A model generated the notes under the pieces. It was not told where the DNA came from. It ran no database searches and saw nothing but the letters and a program-made list of their open reading frames with translations. Source: Eubacteriales bacterium (GTDB lineage Bacteria; Bacillota; Clostridia; Oscillospirales; CAG-272). Taken from it: a DNA stretch of 51,702 nt. The position numbers were made by a program, and so were the translations under genes. Below, piece by piece: positions 7,844-18,414 of this stretch (the stretch's first letter is position 1; each line of letters opens with the position of its first letter). Where the stretch lies: NCBI GenBank assembly GCA_045536065.1, contig JAZSMV010000031.1, positions 1 to 51,702 of the forward strand, given 5' to 3'.

Positions 7844-8917
7844 CTAGTAACACAAAAATTCATCTACCGAACTAAAGCGCCAGCTATCGAACTGCGAGGG
7901 CTTCTTTGAAAAGAGAGCCTCGTATTCCTTCATCAGCGTTTTTACTCTGTAATTCTTACATTTTACGGTGATTTCATCCTCGGTCATCTCAATGCGGCAA
8001 TCAAGCTTTCGCTTCATAAAGGCAAGCGTATTGCTAAGCCTGCTCGAGAGTATTTCCTCGGCATCCGAGGTCCTGCCTTTGCTGATTATAGCCTCCAGCT
8101 TGGGTTTAACCTGTAAAAGTCGGCACCAGAATTCCTCATAGCCCGATCTGTCCTGTTTTGTTTCGCAATAGTGCGGATCGGTTCCGTTGGTGATAGCTGT
8201 TATCATCGGATCAAGATGTTCTCTGTAGAAGCTGTTAAGTCCTTCTGCCAGCCCCCGTGCCTCATCCTCCTTGCCAAGAACGGCAAATAACACAGCCTTT
8301 ACGTAGTTGCGCTGGGAATTTTCGGACGGATCATATTGCTCGGAAATCTTCAAAAAGGCTTCGCTATCATTATATTGATGCATAACCATATATAGCGTTG
8401 CTATATCGTAGATGATCTTGCTGACTGTTGATTTCTGGCTTTCATCGGGTACCGTTCCATCATAGAACTCAAGCGCTTTTTTGTAGTAATAAATCGCCTT
8501 ACTGCACTCAGAATCTCTTTGGGCGAATTTTGCAGTTCTGTAATAGGGGTGGAAGGCAAAGGGGAAGGAAAGTGAAACGGTACAGTTCTTTAGTCTTTCG
8601 TAATACTCACACATTTCGGTCTCCTTGGCAAGCATTTCAAAATTCAGTCCTTTAAAATAGATCACCACAGCCTCGTCAAAGTCGTTTACACATATCTTCT
8701 CCAGAATATCAAGCTTGGGGCAGGCGGCAGCAAAATTACGGCTGCAGATATTAATAAGCGCAGCAGTAAGATGAATTTGTGCCTCGGGATTATCTGCGAA
8801 TGCAGAGGAAAAGGTTTTGCCAAAAACTTTAGTATGCTCCATGCGCCACTTTTTGTAGTTCTTATCGTTCAGTGCATACTGCATTAATAGGTTATCAAAA
8901 TCATTGCTTTCGTGCAT
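7844..8917 (-). CDS. TPR-like helical repeat protein of unknown function
   Basis: KAIYYYKKALE-type repeats; ATG at 8917 with AGGAGG RBS; TTGATT-17-TATAAT at 9039-9011. Confidence 0.7.
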   Translation of the reverse strand: MHESNDFDNLLMQYALNDKNYKKWRMEHTKVFGKTFSSAFADNPEAQIHLTAALINICSRNFAAACPKLDILEKICVNDFDEAVVIYFKGLNFEMLAKETEMCEYYERLKNCTVSLSFPFAFHPYYRTAKFAQRDSECSKAIYYYKKALEFYDGTVPDESQKSTVSKIIYDIATLYMVMHQYNDSEAFLKISEQYDPSENSQRNYVKAVLFAVLGKEDEARGLAEGLNSFYREHLDPMITAITNGTDPHYCETKQDRSGYEEFWCRLLQVKPKLEAIISKGRTSDAEEILSSRLSNTLAFMKRKLDCRIEMTEDEITVKCKNYRVKTLMKEYEALFSKKPSQFDSWRFSSVDEFLCY

Positions 8918-9179
8918 ACTAAAGCCTCCTCCGCACTCGGAACCGACTGCTATTTGATCGACACACCAAAGATTGTTCGGGCAATCCGTTCCAAAAAAAT
9001 CTTTTTTAAAATTATATACCAAACACCAAAAAAAATCAAGGGATAAAAACAAAATAGATGAATCTGCTATATTTCAAACATAATATAGGGCAGAATGGCA
9101 TTTGGACTTCGCTGTGTGATTGCGGGCACGAAGTTGTTAAAAAAAGAAAGTAATGCCTTTGCCTTTTTTTAAAACCCCC

Positions 9180-9208
9180 TTGCAAAAATTGCTCAAATAT
9201 GGTACAAT
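9180..9208 (+). promoter_or_regulatory. sigmaA promoter heading the AraC-dxs-miaB operon
   Basis: TTGCAA-17-TACAAT with TG extension. Confidence 0.7.
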
Positions 9209-9249
9209 AATATGAAATATTATTGAAATTTGAAGGGAGGCTTACGTAG

Positions 9250-10050
9250 GTGAAAAACGGATATGAGATTTTCAGCGAGAATATTGCTATAAAGTATCTT
9301 TCCGCCGACGAGGGACGTGAGGGCTTTTGCGGCGATCACTGCCACGATAAATATGAGATCACCTATCTGCAATCGGCCTCCGGAAGGTATATAGTCGAGG
9401 GCTGTGAGCATAAAATAACCAGTGGAACTCTTATTTTTATACCTCCTATGTCCTATCACAAGGTAGAGCTTTCGCCCGACGTTTTAGCCGAGGGCTATAC
9501 CGTTCACTTCCGACGTGAAGCGGTAAGCGGAGCGGTTGACGCTATGTTTGATAAGATCTGTGCAGACGGTGAAGGCCACGGCAGATTTTATCCTGGCGAG
9601 CAGGTATGCGAGGCGCTTATCTCGGCATTTGACAGATTTGAGATGGCTGAAAGGCTTAAGGAGAATGAGCGTGACGCTTATATGCAGACGCTTCTTGCTG
9701 AAATAATCATACTTCTCTCGGCAACAGAGGGCAAGCAAATTACGGTAGATGAGGATGAGATAGGCGCAAGGGTTGGAAGATTTTTAAATGCAAATTTCAG
9801 GAAAAATATCAGCCTTGACCGTCTTGCCCGCAGGTTTTTCGTTAGCAAGTATTATCTCTGTCGAGCCTTTAAGAGCTACAGTGGAATATCGATCCACGCA
9901 TATATCAATCAAAAACGTATCATCTATGCCAAGGGACTTATTGAGTCAGGCATGACCGCATCAAATGCGGCGGAAAAGGTGGGCTTTGGCGACTATTCGG
10001 CGTTTTACAGAGCCTACGTAAAGATCGTGGGGAAATCTCCCACGGCATAA
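9250..10050 (+). CDS. AraC-family regulator (cupin + double HTH)
   Basis: HCHDKYE cupin motif; VSKYYLCRAFK and VGFGDYSAFYRAYVK HTHs. Confidence 0.92.
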   Translation: MKNGYEIFSENIAIKYLSADEGREGFCGDHCHDKYEITYLQSASGRYIVEGCEHKITSGTLIFIPPMSYHKVELSPDVLAEGYTVHFRREAVSGAVDAMFDKICADGEGHGRFYPGEQVCEALISAFDRFEMAERLKENERDAYMQTLLAEIIILLSATEGKQITVDEDEIGARVGRFLNANFRKNISLDRLARRFFVSKYYLCRAFKSYSGISIHAYINQKRIIYAKGLIESGMTASNAAEKVGFGDYSAFYRAYVKIVGKSPTA

Positions 10051-10071
10051 ATTTTTGGAAAGGAGCAGGGT

Positions 10072-11928
10072 ATGAAGTATTCGTTGCTCGACGGCATCAA
10101 TTCGCCGTCCGATCTTAAAAAACTGAATAAATCAGATATCCCGACTCTTTCCTCAGAGATCAGAGATTTTCTTATTGAGAATGCCAAGGAACACGGCGGA
10201 CATCTGGCATCAAATCTTGGTGTTGTTGAGCTTACCCTGGCGATTCATACGGTGTTTGATTCACCGAAGGATCATATTGTTTTCGACGTTGGGCATCAGT
10301 CCTACGTTCATAAGCTGTTGACCGGCAGACGAGAGGCCTTTGATACGCTTCGTATTCCCGGCGGTCTTTCTGGCTTTACCTCTATGAAGGAGAGCGAGCA
10401 CGACGCCTTTGGCTCCGGCCATTCGTCAAACTCCATATCCGCCGCACTCGGTATTGCACGATCGGATAACCTCTCGGGAAATACCTGTCATACCGTCTGT
10501 GTGACGGGCGACGGTGCTTTTACCGGCGGAATGGCTCACGAGGCGCTTAATAATTGCCCGAAAAAGCTTCCTCTCGTTATTATTCTCAACGAGAACGGTA
10601 TGTCAATATCCTCCACTAAGGGCGCATTTGCATCCTACGTTTCCCACGTTAGAGTGTCGCCCGGATATGCAAAATTCAAGACAAATACCAAGAACTTTCT
10701 TGACAAGCTTCCTCTCATCGGCAAGCCTATTCGCTTCCTGCTCAGATGCATAAAGCGTGCTATCAAAAAGCTGGTTTACAAGCCAAATTACTTTGAGGAG
10801 CTTGGACTTTACTATATCGGCCCTATCGACGGCCACGATTATAATGCTGTTTGCAAGGCTCTGACTCTTGCAAAGCAGTCGGGTAAGACCTGCGTCGTTC
10901 ACGTTAAGACGGTTAAGGGCAAGGGATACGAGCCTGCGGAGAGCTCGCCCGACGGATATCACAGCTTTAATTCCGCATCTCCCGAGGGAGGCTTTGGCAA
11001 AAGCTTTGCCGACGAGCTGATAGCGATGGCAGAGAAGAATGACAAGATAGTCGGCATAACCGCCGCTATGGGTATCGGTACGGGACTTGACCGCTTTGGC
11101 AAGGTATACACCGACAGATATTTCGACGTAGGTATTGCCGAGGCTCATGCGCTTACCTTTGCCGCAGGCCTTGCAAGAGGCGGTCATATTCCTTTCGTTG
11201 CGCTTTATTCCACCTTCCTGCAGAGAGGCTATGACAGTCTGCTTCACGACGTTGCACTCCAGAATCTGCCGGTTAAGATTATGATCGACCGTGCAGGTCT
11301 CGCTCTCGGTGACGGCGCAACCCACCACGGCATATTTGACGTGTCCTTTATCTCGCATATTCCCAATATGACGCTTCTCGCACCTGCAAGTTTCGCTTCG
11401 CTTCGTGAGATGATGCACTTTGCAGAGGGGCATGACGGTCCTGTTGCTATCCGTTATCCCAATGCCAAGGAGCCTATATGCCTGAACAGGTTTAGATCCA
11501 TCTCGGATTCTCCGACCTGTAAGATCAGCGTTGACTATGATACACAGAATACTCCCGAGCATCTGTTTATTACCTACGGCTCGCTTGTTGACAGAGTGAA
11601 GTCTGCGACTGATATTCTCAAAAAGCAGGGAATAGCTGTGGGCATAATACTTATTGAGAGCTTAAAGCCCTATGGCCCTGTGGCAGAGGAATTAATTAAG
11701 CTTATTTTTCCCGCAAAGCGTGTTGTCTTTGCCGAGGAGGGAATCAAGAGCGGCGGCGCTGCTGAGCTTTGCCGTGAGGAGCTTATGCTCCGTGGCCTTG
11801 ATATACTAAAGACAGAATATAGAATTGCCGCCATAGAGGATAATTTCGCCTCTCCTTCTGAGATGTGTGACCTCTATGACTACGTAGGCCTTTCGGCAGA
11901 AAAGCTTGCGAAAAAAATGAAAGACTAA
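10072..11928 (+). CDS. dxs: 1-deoxy-D-xylulose-5-phosphate synthase
   Basis: GGHLASNLG, DVGHQ, GDGA..GMA.EALN TPP motif, DVGIAE, DRAG. Confidence 0.96.
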   Translation: MKYSLLDGINSPSDLKKLNKSDIPTLSSEIRDFLIENAKEHGGHLASNLGVVELTLAIHTVFDSPKDHIVFDVGHQSYVHKLLTGRREAFDTLRIPGGLSGFTSMKESEHDAFGSGHSSNSISAALGIARSDNLSGNTCHTVCVTGDGAFTGGMAHEALNNCPKKLPLVIILNENGMSISSTKGAFASYVSHVRVSPGYAKFKTNTKNFLDKLPLIGKPIRFLLRCIKRAIKKLVYKPNYFEELGLYYIGPIDGHDYNAVCKALTLAKQSGKTCVVHVKTVKGKGYEPAESSPDGYHSFNSASPEGGFGKSFADELIAMAEKNDKIVGITAAMGIGTGLDRFGKVYTDRYFDVGIAEAHALTFAAGLARGGHIPFVALYSTFLQRGYDSLLHDVALQNLPVKIMIDRAGLALGDGATHHGIFDVSFISHIPNMTLLAPASFASLREMMHFAEGHDGPVAIRYPNAKEPICLNRFRSISDSPTCKISVDYDTQNTPEHLFITYGSLVDRVKSATDILKKQGIAVGIILIESLKPYGPVAEELIKLIFPAKRVVFAEEGIKSGGAAELCREELMLRGLDILKTEYRIAAIEDNFASPSEMCDLYDYVGLSAEKLAKKMKD

Positions 11929-11945
11929 AAAAAGGAGGGAGTAAT

Positions 11946-13328
11946 ATGATCCACAGCATAAATGAAATAAACGTGAGAGAATACATCTCCCTCGTTAAAA
12001 AAATAAACGACGGCGCAAAAAAATACGCCCACGTTATCACCTTTGGCTGTCAGCAGAACGAGAGGGATAGCGAGACCGTAATGGGTCTGCTCTGCGAGAT
12101 GGGATACACTCCTACGGACAATCCCGATATTGCTGACGTTATTATCATCAATACCTGCGCTATAAGAGAGCACGCCGAGGTAAAGGCGCTTTCGCTTCTC
12201 GGCAGATTCAAGGCGCAGAAAAAACGCAATCCCGACCTTATTGTCGGCGTGGTTGGCTGTATGGCGGCCGAGCCTCATAGGGCAGAAATGCTTAAGACCG
12301 ATTTTCATTACGTCACCTTTACTCTTGAACCTAATATGCTTCACCGCATACCCGAGCTTATTGCACGTAAGCTTACAGACGGAAAGCGAAGCTTTATATT
12401 CGGTCAGGACGGCGGTGATATTTATGAGGATACCCCTGCGGTAAGACGTGAGAGACACAGAGCCTGGGTGTCCATAATGTACGGATGTAACAATTTCTGC
12501 TCCTACTGTATTGTTCCATACGTGAGGGGCAGGGAGCGAAGCCGATTAAGTGATGATATACTTGCGGAGTGCCGAGAGCTTGTTGCTTCGGGCGTCCGTG
12601 AGATAACTCTCCTCGGTCAGAACGTTAATTCCTACAAGGCAGACCTTACTTTCCCTGAGCTTTTGTCAAGAATTGCCGAGATTGAGGGCGACTTTATCAT
12701 CAGATTTATGACCAGTCACCCCAAGGACACCTCTACGGAATTAGTAGAGGTAATGAGGCGGCATAATCCTAAGATTGCGCCCTTCTTCCACCTGCCTCTG
12801 CAGTCGGGAAGCAACCGCATACTTAAGGAGATGAACCGCACCTATACCAGAGAGCGATATCTTGCGATAGTGGACGAGCTTCGTGCGAATATCCCGAACA
12901 TCGCACTTTCCACCGACGTAATTATCGGCTTCCCAAGTGAGACCGACGAAGATTTTGCCGACACGATGGATATTCTTCGCAGGGTGGAGTTTGACAACGT
13001 GTACGCATTCCTTTATTCTCCGAGAGAGGGAACAAGGGCGGCCAAGATGGACGGTGCCGTTGACCGATCGGTAAAGGACGTGCGAATGGCAGAGCTTCTT
13101 TCTATGCAGGACTCCATTTCTCTTGAAAAAAATAAGCCTTATGAAAATACTATACAGAGAGTGCTGACCGATTCCTTTGAAACAAAGAACGGCAAGCGTA
13201 TCCTATCCGGCAGAACGCTTACCAATAAGCTGGTATACTTTGAGTCGGATGCGCCCATAGGCGAGTTTATTAATGTGAAAATAACCAAGGCCTGCCCCTA
13301 TCATCTTATGGGCGAGGCGGAAAAGTGA
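11946..13328 (+). CDS. miaB: tRNA-i6A37 methylthiotransferase MiaB
   Basis: TFGCQQN, NTCAIRE, CNNFCSYC radical-SAM motif, C-terminal TRAM-like region. Confidence 0.95.
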   Translation: MIHSINEINVREYISLVKKINDGAKKYAHVITFGCQQNERDSETVMGLLCEMGYTPTDNPDIADVIIINTCAIREHAEVKALSLLGRFKAQKKRNPDLIVGVVGCMAAEPHRAEMLKTDFHYVTFTLEPNMLHRIPELIARKLTDGKRSFIFGQDGGDIYEDTPAVRRERHRAWVSIMYGCNNFCSYCIVPYVRGRERSRLSDDILAECRELVASGVREITLLGQNVNSYKADLTFPELLSRIAEIEGDFIIRFMTSHPKDTSTELVEVMRRHNPKIAPFFHLPLQSGSNRILKEMNRTYTRERYLAIVDELRANIPNIALSTDVIIGFPSETDEDFADTMDILRRVEFDNVYAFLYSPREGTRAAKMDGAVDRSVKDVRMAELLSMQDSISLEKNKPYENTIQRVLTDSFETKNGKRILSGRTLTNKLVYFESDAPIGEFINVKITKACPYHLMGEAEK

Positions 13329-13338
13329 GGAAATAAAA

Positions 13339-13734
13339 ATGACAAAGATTATAGAGCTTGCACATCTTCTCGGCGAGGAGATTGCAAAAAGCGATGAGAT
13401 AAAGAACCTTGAGGCCACAAAGAACGAGTTCCAGATGGACGGTGAGCTTCAGAACAAGATGAGCGAATACGAGGCAGAGAGAATGCTTCTCGGTCAGGAG
13501 TTCGCAAAGGATCCATCCGAGGCAGATCAGCGTGCCATAGCAGATCTTCGTGCACGCATAGAGCAGCTTGGCTCCGAGATTGGCTCTCACCCCAAGTATA
13601 TTAAGTTTGCAGAGGCGCAGAGAGCTATGAACGCTCTTATGGACGAGGTAAACGCCGAGATCAAGTATTGTATTACAGGTCAGCGCCCCTCTGATTGTAC
13701 CCACGACTGCTCCACCTGTAAGGGCTGTCACTAA
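13339..13734 (+). CDS. YlbF/YmcA (Ric)-family regulator
   Basis: Helical A..LGEEIA.S.E pattern, position between miaB and mutS, Cys-rich tail CTHDCSTCKGCH. Confidence 0.8.
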   Translation: MTKIIELAHLLGEEIAKSDEIKNLEATKNEFQMDGELQNKMSEYEAERMLLGQEFAKDPSEADQRAIADLRARIEQLGSEIGSHPKYIKFAEAQRAMNALMDEVNAEIKYCITGQRPSDCTHDCSTCKGCH

Positions 13735-13765
13735 AATCAAACTAGGATAAGAGGTAATTTGCCCT

Positions 13766-16396
13766 ATGGCAGAGGTAATTGTTATAGAGAAAAGGAGTGA
13801 CATAACCACCGTTACTCCTATGATGAAGCAGTATCTTGAGGTAAAGTCGCAGTATGAGGACTTTATCCTTATGTACCGTCTCGGCGATTTTTACGAGTGC
13901 TTCTTTGAGGACGCCATAATAGCCTCCCGTGAGCTTGAGCTTACTCTTACAGGCAGAGATTGCGGAGAGGGAAAACGTGCGGCAATGTGCGGTGTACCCT
14001 TCCATAAGGCTGACGTGTACGTTGGCAGACTTGTTGAGAAGGGAATAAAGGTTGCAATATGCGAGCAGGTAAGCGATCCCAAGGAATCTCAGGGTCTTGT
14101 TAAGCGTGAGGTTACCCGTGTTGTTACTCCGGGCACGGTGACTGATGCCAGCCTGCTTTCTGAGGGAAAGAATAATTTCCTGATGGCTATATATATATCC
14201 GACTCCTCGGCGGGAATTGCCACCGCCGATATCTCCACAGGCGAGGTTTCGGCAACCTACCTTTCGGGTAAGGAGCTTATGTCGCTTATCCGTAACGAGA
14301 TAGGCGCATATCAGCCCTCCGAGATCATAATTAACCGTAAATCGGCAGAGGTTTCGGATATTGCGGGCTTTGCAAAGGAGAGATTTTCCTCTCTCATTAC
14401 CGATAACGTAAACAGACTTTTCGCTTTTGAGAAGGCAAAGGAGCTTTGCCGCCGTCACTTCAAGGATGAGGCGGACAAGCTGAATGAGAGCGAAATGCTT
14501 ATGGCGGCAGGTGCACTGCTGTCCTACATAGAGGAAACACAAAAGACAGATATTGCCTTTGCAAAGGGAATTAACGTTTATGCAAGAGGTCAGTATCTTG
14601 ATCTCGATCTTAATACTATAAGAAATCTTGAGCTTGTCGAGGCTATGAGAGTTAAGTCCAAGCGTGGCTCGCTTCTCTGGGTACTTGACAAGACAAAGAC
14701 CGCCATGGGTGCAAGACTTCTTCACTCCTGGGTGCTTCGTCCTCTGGTTGATCCCGTAAGGATTTCCCACCGTCAGAGTGCGGTGCGTGACATATTTGCA
14801 GACAGGCGTCGCCGTGATGAGCTCTCCGAGCTTCTGGAGGGAATGCTTGACATTGAGCGTCTTACCGCAAAGGCGGTTTACGGCACGGCAAATGCGAGAG
14901 ATCTTAAGGCCATCGGCGAGAGCATTAAGCATCTGCCCGAAATTAAAGCCTTAATTTCTACATTCCCGTCTGCATCACTCAAGGAGATCACAAGAGAGCT
15001 CGACACTCTTGACGACATCTTCGAGCTTCTTGATCAGGCGATAATCGACAATCCTCCGCTTACTATCCGTGAGGGTGGAATGATCAAGGAGGGCTTTAAT
15101 GCTGACGTGGACTACTACCGTTCTATCAAGGACGGTGGCGAGGGAATTATGGCTTCTATTGAGCAGCGAGAGAAGGAGGCCACCGGCATCAAGACCCTTA
15201 AGGTCAACTATAACAAGGTATTCGGCTACTATATCGAGGTTTCCAAGTCCTTTATCGATCAGGTTCCCGACAGATTTGTCCGTAAGCAGACACTTACCAA
15301 CTGCGAGAGATATATTACTCAAGAGCTTAAGGAGATGGAGAACACCATCTTCTCAGCTGATGAAAAGCTGGTTTCCATGGAATATCAGATATTCGACAGC
15401 CTGAGACTTTTCGTTGCCGAAAACAGAGAGCGCATCCGTAAGAGTGCGGCGCTTATTGCAGAGATCGACGTTTACCGCTCTCTTGCAGAGGTTGCAAGCC
15501 GTAATAATTACGTTTGCCCCGAGGTTGACCTGTCCACCGATATTATTATCAAGGACGGCCGTCATCCTGTGGTAGAAAAGTTCGTAAAGGATTCTTATTT
15601 TGTTCCCAACGATACTACTCTTGATACCACGTCAAATAAAACAATGATCATCACCGGTCCCAATATGGCCGGAAAATCTACCTATATGCGTCAGGTTGCC
15701 ATTATTACGGTTATGGCGCAGATCGGCTCCTTCGTTCCCGCAAGAGAGGCCAGAATCGGCATTGTGGACAGGCTCTTTACCAGAGTCGGTGCCTCGGACG
15801 ATCTTGCTTCGGGGCAGTCTACCTTTATGCTTGAGATGACCGAGGTTGCCACCATTCTGAAGAATGCTACCTCCCGCTCGCTTATTATTTACGACGAGGT
15901 TGGTAGAGGAACCAGCACCTACGACGGTATGTCTATCGCTCGTGCGGTGGTTGAGTACACCTATTCCAAGAAGATCGGCGCAAAGACGCTCTTCGCTACT
16001 CACTATCACGAGCTTACCGATATGGAGGACGAGTTCGACGGCATTGTTAACTATAATATAGCCGCAAAGAAGCGTGGTGATTCCATCACCTTCCTCCGTA
16101 AGATCGTACGTGGCGGCACAGACGATTCCTACGGTATTGAGGTTGCAAAGCTTGCAGGCGTACCCTCTGAGGTGGTTAAGCGTGCCAGAGAAATACTTGC
16201 CGATATTGAATCGGACAAGCCTGTTGCCAGAGAGCAGAAGAGGGAACAGCCTGTGGAATTCGACCTGTTCGCAGGAATTACCGAGTCAAAAGAAAATGAG
16301 GTCGCAGATCAGCTTCGCTCGGTTGATATTAATACGTTAACGCCTATTGAGGCTATGAATCTGCTATTTGAGCTTAAGAAAAAGCTTTCGGATTAA
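13766..16396 (+). CDS. mutS: DNA mismatch repair protein MutS
   Basis: TPMMKQY, GDFYE, GPNMAGKST, DEVGRGTST, ATHYHEL. Confidence 0.98.
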   Translation: MAEVIVIEKRSDITTVTPMMKQYLEVKSQYEDFILMYRLGDFYECFFEDAIIASRELELTLTGRDCGEGKRAAMCGVPFHKADVYVGRLVEKGIKVAICEQVSDPKESQGLVKREVTRVVTPGTVTDASLLSEGKNNFLMAIYISDSSAGIATADISTGEVSATYLSGKELMSLIRNEIGAYQPSEIIINRKSAEVSDIAGFAKERFSSLITDNVNRLFAFEKAKELCRRHFKDEADKLNESEMLMAAGALLSYIEETQKTDIAFAKGINVYARGQYLDLDLNTIRNLELVEAMRVKSKRGSLLWVLDKTKTAMGARLLHSWVLRPLVDPVRISHRQSAVRDIFADRRRRDELSELLEGMLDIERLTAKAVYGTANARDLKAIGESIKHLPEIKALISTFPSASLKEITRELDTLDDIFELLDQAIIDNPPLTIREGGMIKEGFNADVDYYRSIKDGGEGIMASIEQREKEATGIKTLKVNYNKVFGYYIEVSKSFIDQVPDRFVRKQTLTNCERYITQELKEMENTIFSADEKLVSMEYQIFDSLRLFVAENRERIRKSAALIAEIDVYRSLAEVASRNNYVCPEVDLSTDIIIKDGRHPVVEKFVKDSYFVPNDTTLDTTSNKTMIITGPNMAGKSTYMRQVAIITVMAQIGSFVPAREARIGIVDRLFTRVGASDDLASGQSTFMLEMTEVATILKNATSRSLIIYDEVGRGTSTYDGMSIARAVVEYTYSKKIGAKTLFATHYHELTDMEDEFDGIVNYNIAAKKRGDSITFLRKIVRGGTDDSYGIEVAKLAGVPSEVVKRAREILADIESDKPVAREQKREQPVEFDLFAGITESKENEVADQLRSVDINTLTPIEAMNLLFELKKKLSD

Positions 16397-16420
16397 GAAA
16401 GCGTTGGATGAAAGAAAATT

Positions 16421-18400
16421 ATGGGAAAAATAAACGTACTTGATTTTGAAATAGCCAACCTTATTGCCGCAGGCGAGGTGGTCGAGAGACCCTCGTCGGT
16501 GCTTAAGGAGCTTATCGAAAACTCAATAGACTCAGGCGCTACGTCTATTGTCGCCGAGATCAAGCGAGGCGGTGTTGCGCTCATTCGTGTCAGCGACAAC
16601 GGTTGCGGTATGGACAGAGAGGATCTGCCCGTAGCAATTAAGCGTCACGCTACCAGCAAGATCAAAGCACGTGAGGATCTTGAGAGCATCAGCACTCTCG
16701 GCTTCCGTGGCGAGGCTCTTGCGGCAATCTCCTCGGTTTCTGCTGTGACTATCATAACCAAGACCGCCGAGGCAGAGGTAGGCTCTATGCTTGTCAGCGA
16801 GGGCGGTAGGATACTGGATCTTTCCGAGGTGGGCTGCTCTGCGGGTACTACTGTAGTTGTGGAAAATCTGTTCTTCAACGTGCCCGCACGCCGTAAGTTC
16901 CTAAAAAAAGACTCCACCGAGGCTATGAATTGCGCCGCTCTTGTAGAGAAGGTTGCGCTCTCTCGCCCCGATATCTCCATTCAGCTTTTGGTTGACGGAG
17001 AGGAGCGCTTTAAGACTCCTGGTGACAAGGATCTCCTTAACACCATTTATGCCGTATACGGCAAGGATTTTGCCTCCAAGCTTATTCCTGCGGACGGTAT
17101 TGCAAACGGTATTCATGTTCACGGATATATCGGCAGAAGCGACAATGTCAGAAAGAACAGAAACTATCAGAACGTTTTCATCAACGGCAGATACGTTAAG
17201 AGCCTTACCGCTATGGCGGCTATTGAAAAAGCCTATACCTCTTATATTGCTCACGAGGCTTTTCCTACCTGTGTTCTGTTCCTTGATATGAATCCTATGG
17301 CAGTTGACGTAAACGTTCATCCTGCAAAGCTTGAGGTTAAGTTTGCAAGTGAGCAGCCTGTATTCGAGGCGGTTTACTATACTGTTAAGAGGGCGCTCGA
17401 GGACTATCAGTACCGTCCCGAGATGCAGCTTGCAGGTAAAAAGACCAGCGAGAGAAACCTCACAGGCGCTTTCGTTCCGATCGGTGAGGACACCAAGGGT
17501 AAGCAGATGTCTATTCCCGCCGTCGAGCGCACAAGCTATACTCCTGCAGCCTATAAGCAGTCGGCACCTCAGTCACGTCCTGCTTTTGATTATTCTAAGC
17601 CCCTTAAGGTATCCAGCGGAGCAGGTGAGGGCTTCTCTCCCAAGGCTACTCCTTCGGCTGTGACTCCCAAAACTGCTCCTGCGGCTATGAGTCCCAAAAA
17701 TTCGGTCGAGCTGCTCGAGAGATATGCAAAAACCACTCCTTCTGAAAATTATACACCTCAAAAGGCTCCCTTGACCGAGGCGCCTCTTCCCGAGATAAGA
17801 GTAGAGGAGTCCGCTCCCGAGTACAAGTATATCGGCGAGGCATTTAACTGCTATCTGCTTGTTGAATACGAGGGCGCTATGCTTGTTATTGATAAGCATG
17901 CGGCTCATGAGAGAGTTATCTTTGAGGATCTGAAAAGAATCACCGAGCGTGACGGCAGAGTTGCGGCGCAGTCGCTTCTCCTTCCCATAACCGTTCTTCT
18001 TTCTCCCGACGAGCTGGCAACAGCAGGGGAGTACAGAGCGGAGCTTGAGAGCGTGGGCTTTGAATTTGAGCTGCTTGACGGCCACGCAAACCTCAGCGCT
18101 ATTCCTTCCTCGATTGGAAGCATGGAGGCAGAGTCGCTGTTTGTTAAGATGGTTGACGATATTATAGACGGCAAGGGCAATCCCGAGATCACCGAAAAGA
18201 TCCGTCGTGAGCAGGCTCTTTATCAGATCGCCTGCAAGGCGGCTATCAAGGGTGGCAGAGTGTACGACAGATCTGTGCACGAGTGGATCATCAAGAAGGT
18301 TCTTGAGCTTCCCGACGTGACAGTTTGCCCTCACGGCAGACCTATTGCGTACAGACTTACCAAGAATGAGCTTGACCGTCAGTTTGAAAGAATAAAGTAA
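16421..18400 (+). CDS. mutL: DNA mismatch repair endonuclease MutL
   Basis: IAAGEVVERP, GFRGEAL, DVNVHP, DKHAAHER, ACK, CPHGRP. Confidence 0.98.
   Translation: MGKINVLDFEIANLIAAGEVVERPSSVLKELIENSIDSGATSIVAEIKRGGVALIRVSDNGCGMDREDLPVAIKRHATSKIKAREDLESISTLGFRGEALAAISSVSAVTIITKTAEAEVGSMLVSEGGRILDLSEVGCSAGTTVVVENLFFNVPARRKFLKKDSTEAMNCAALVEKVALSRPDISIQLLVDGEERFKTPGDKDLLNTIYAVYGKDFASKLIPADGIANGIHVHGYIGRSDNVRKNRNYQNVFINGRYVKSLTAMAAIEKAYTSYIAHEAFPTCVLFLDMNPMAVDVNVHPAKLEVKFASEQPVFEAVYYTVKRALEDYQYRPEMQLAGKKTSERNLTGAFVPIGEDTKGKQMSIPAVERTSYTPAAYKQSAPQSRPAFDYSKPLKVSSGAGEGFSPKATPSAVTPKTAPAAMSPKNSVELLERYAKTTPSENYTPQKAPLTEAPLPEIRVEESAPEYKYIGEAFNCYLLVEYEGAMLVIDKHAAHERVIFEDLKRITERDGRVAAQSLLLPITVLLSPDELATAGEYRAELESVGFEFELLDGHANLSAIPSSIGSMEAESLFVKMVDDIIDGKGNPEITEKIRREQALYQIACKAAIKGGRVYDRSVHEWIIKKVLELPDVTVCPHGRPIAYRLTKNELDRQFERIK
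17636..17700 (+). repeat. Imperfect 27-nt tandem repeat in MutL linker
   Basis: SPKATPSAV/TPKTAPAAM/SPK, about 2.4 copies. Confidence 0.6.
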
Positions 18401-18414
18401 AGGATTATATATAA

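Noticed and set aside
17885-17925. MutL endonuclease motif DKHAAHER instead of DQHA
   Set aside because: Metal ligands and the ACK/CPHGRP motifs are intact; no reason to infer loss of function.
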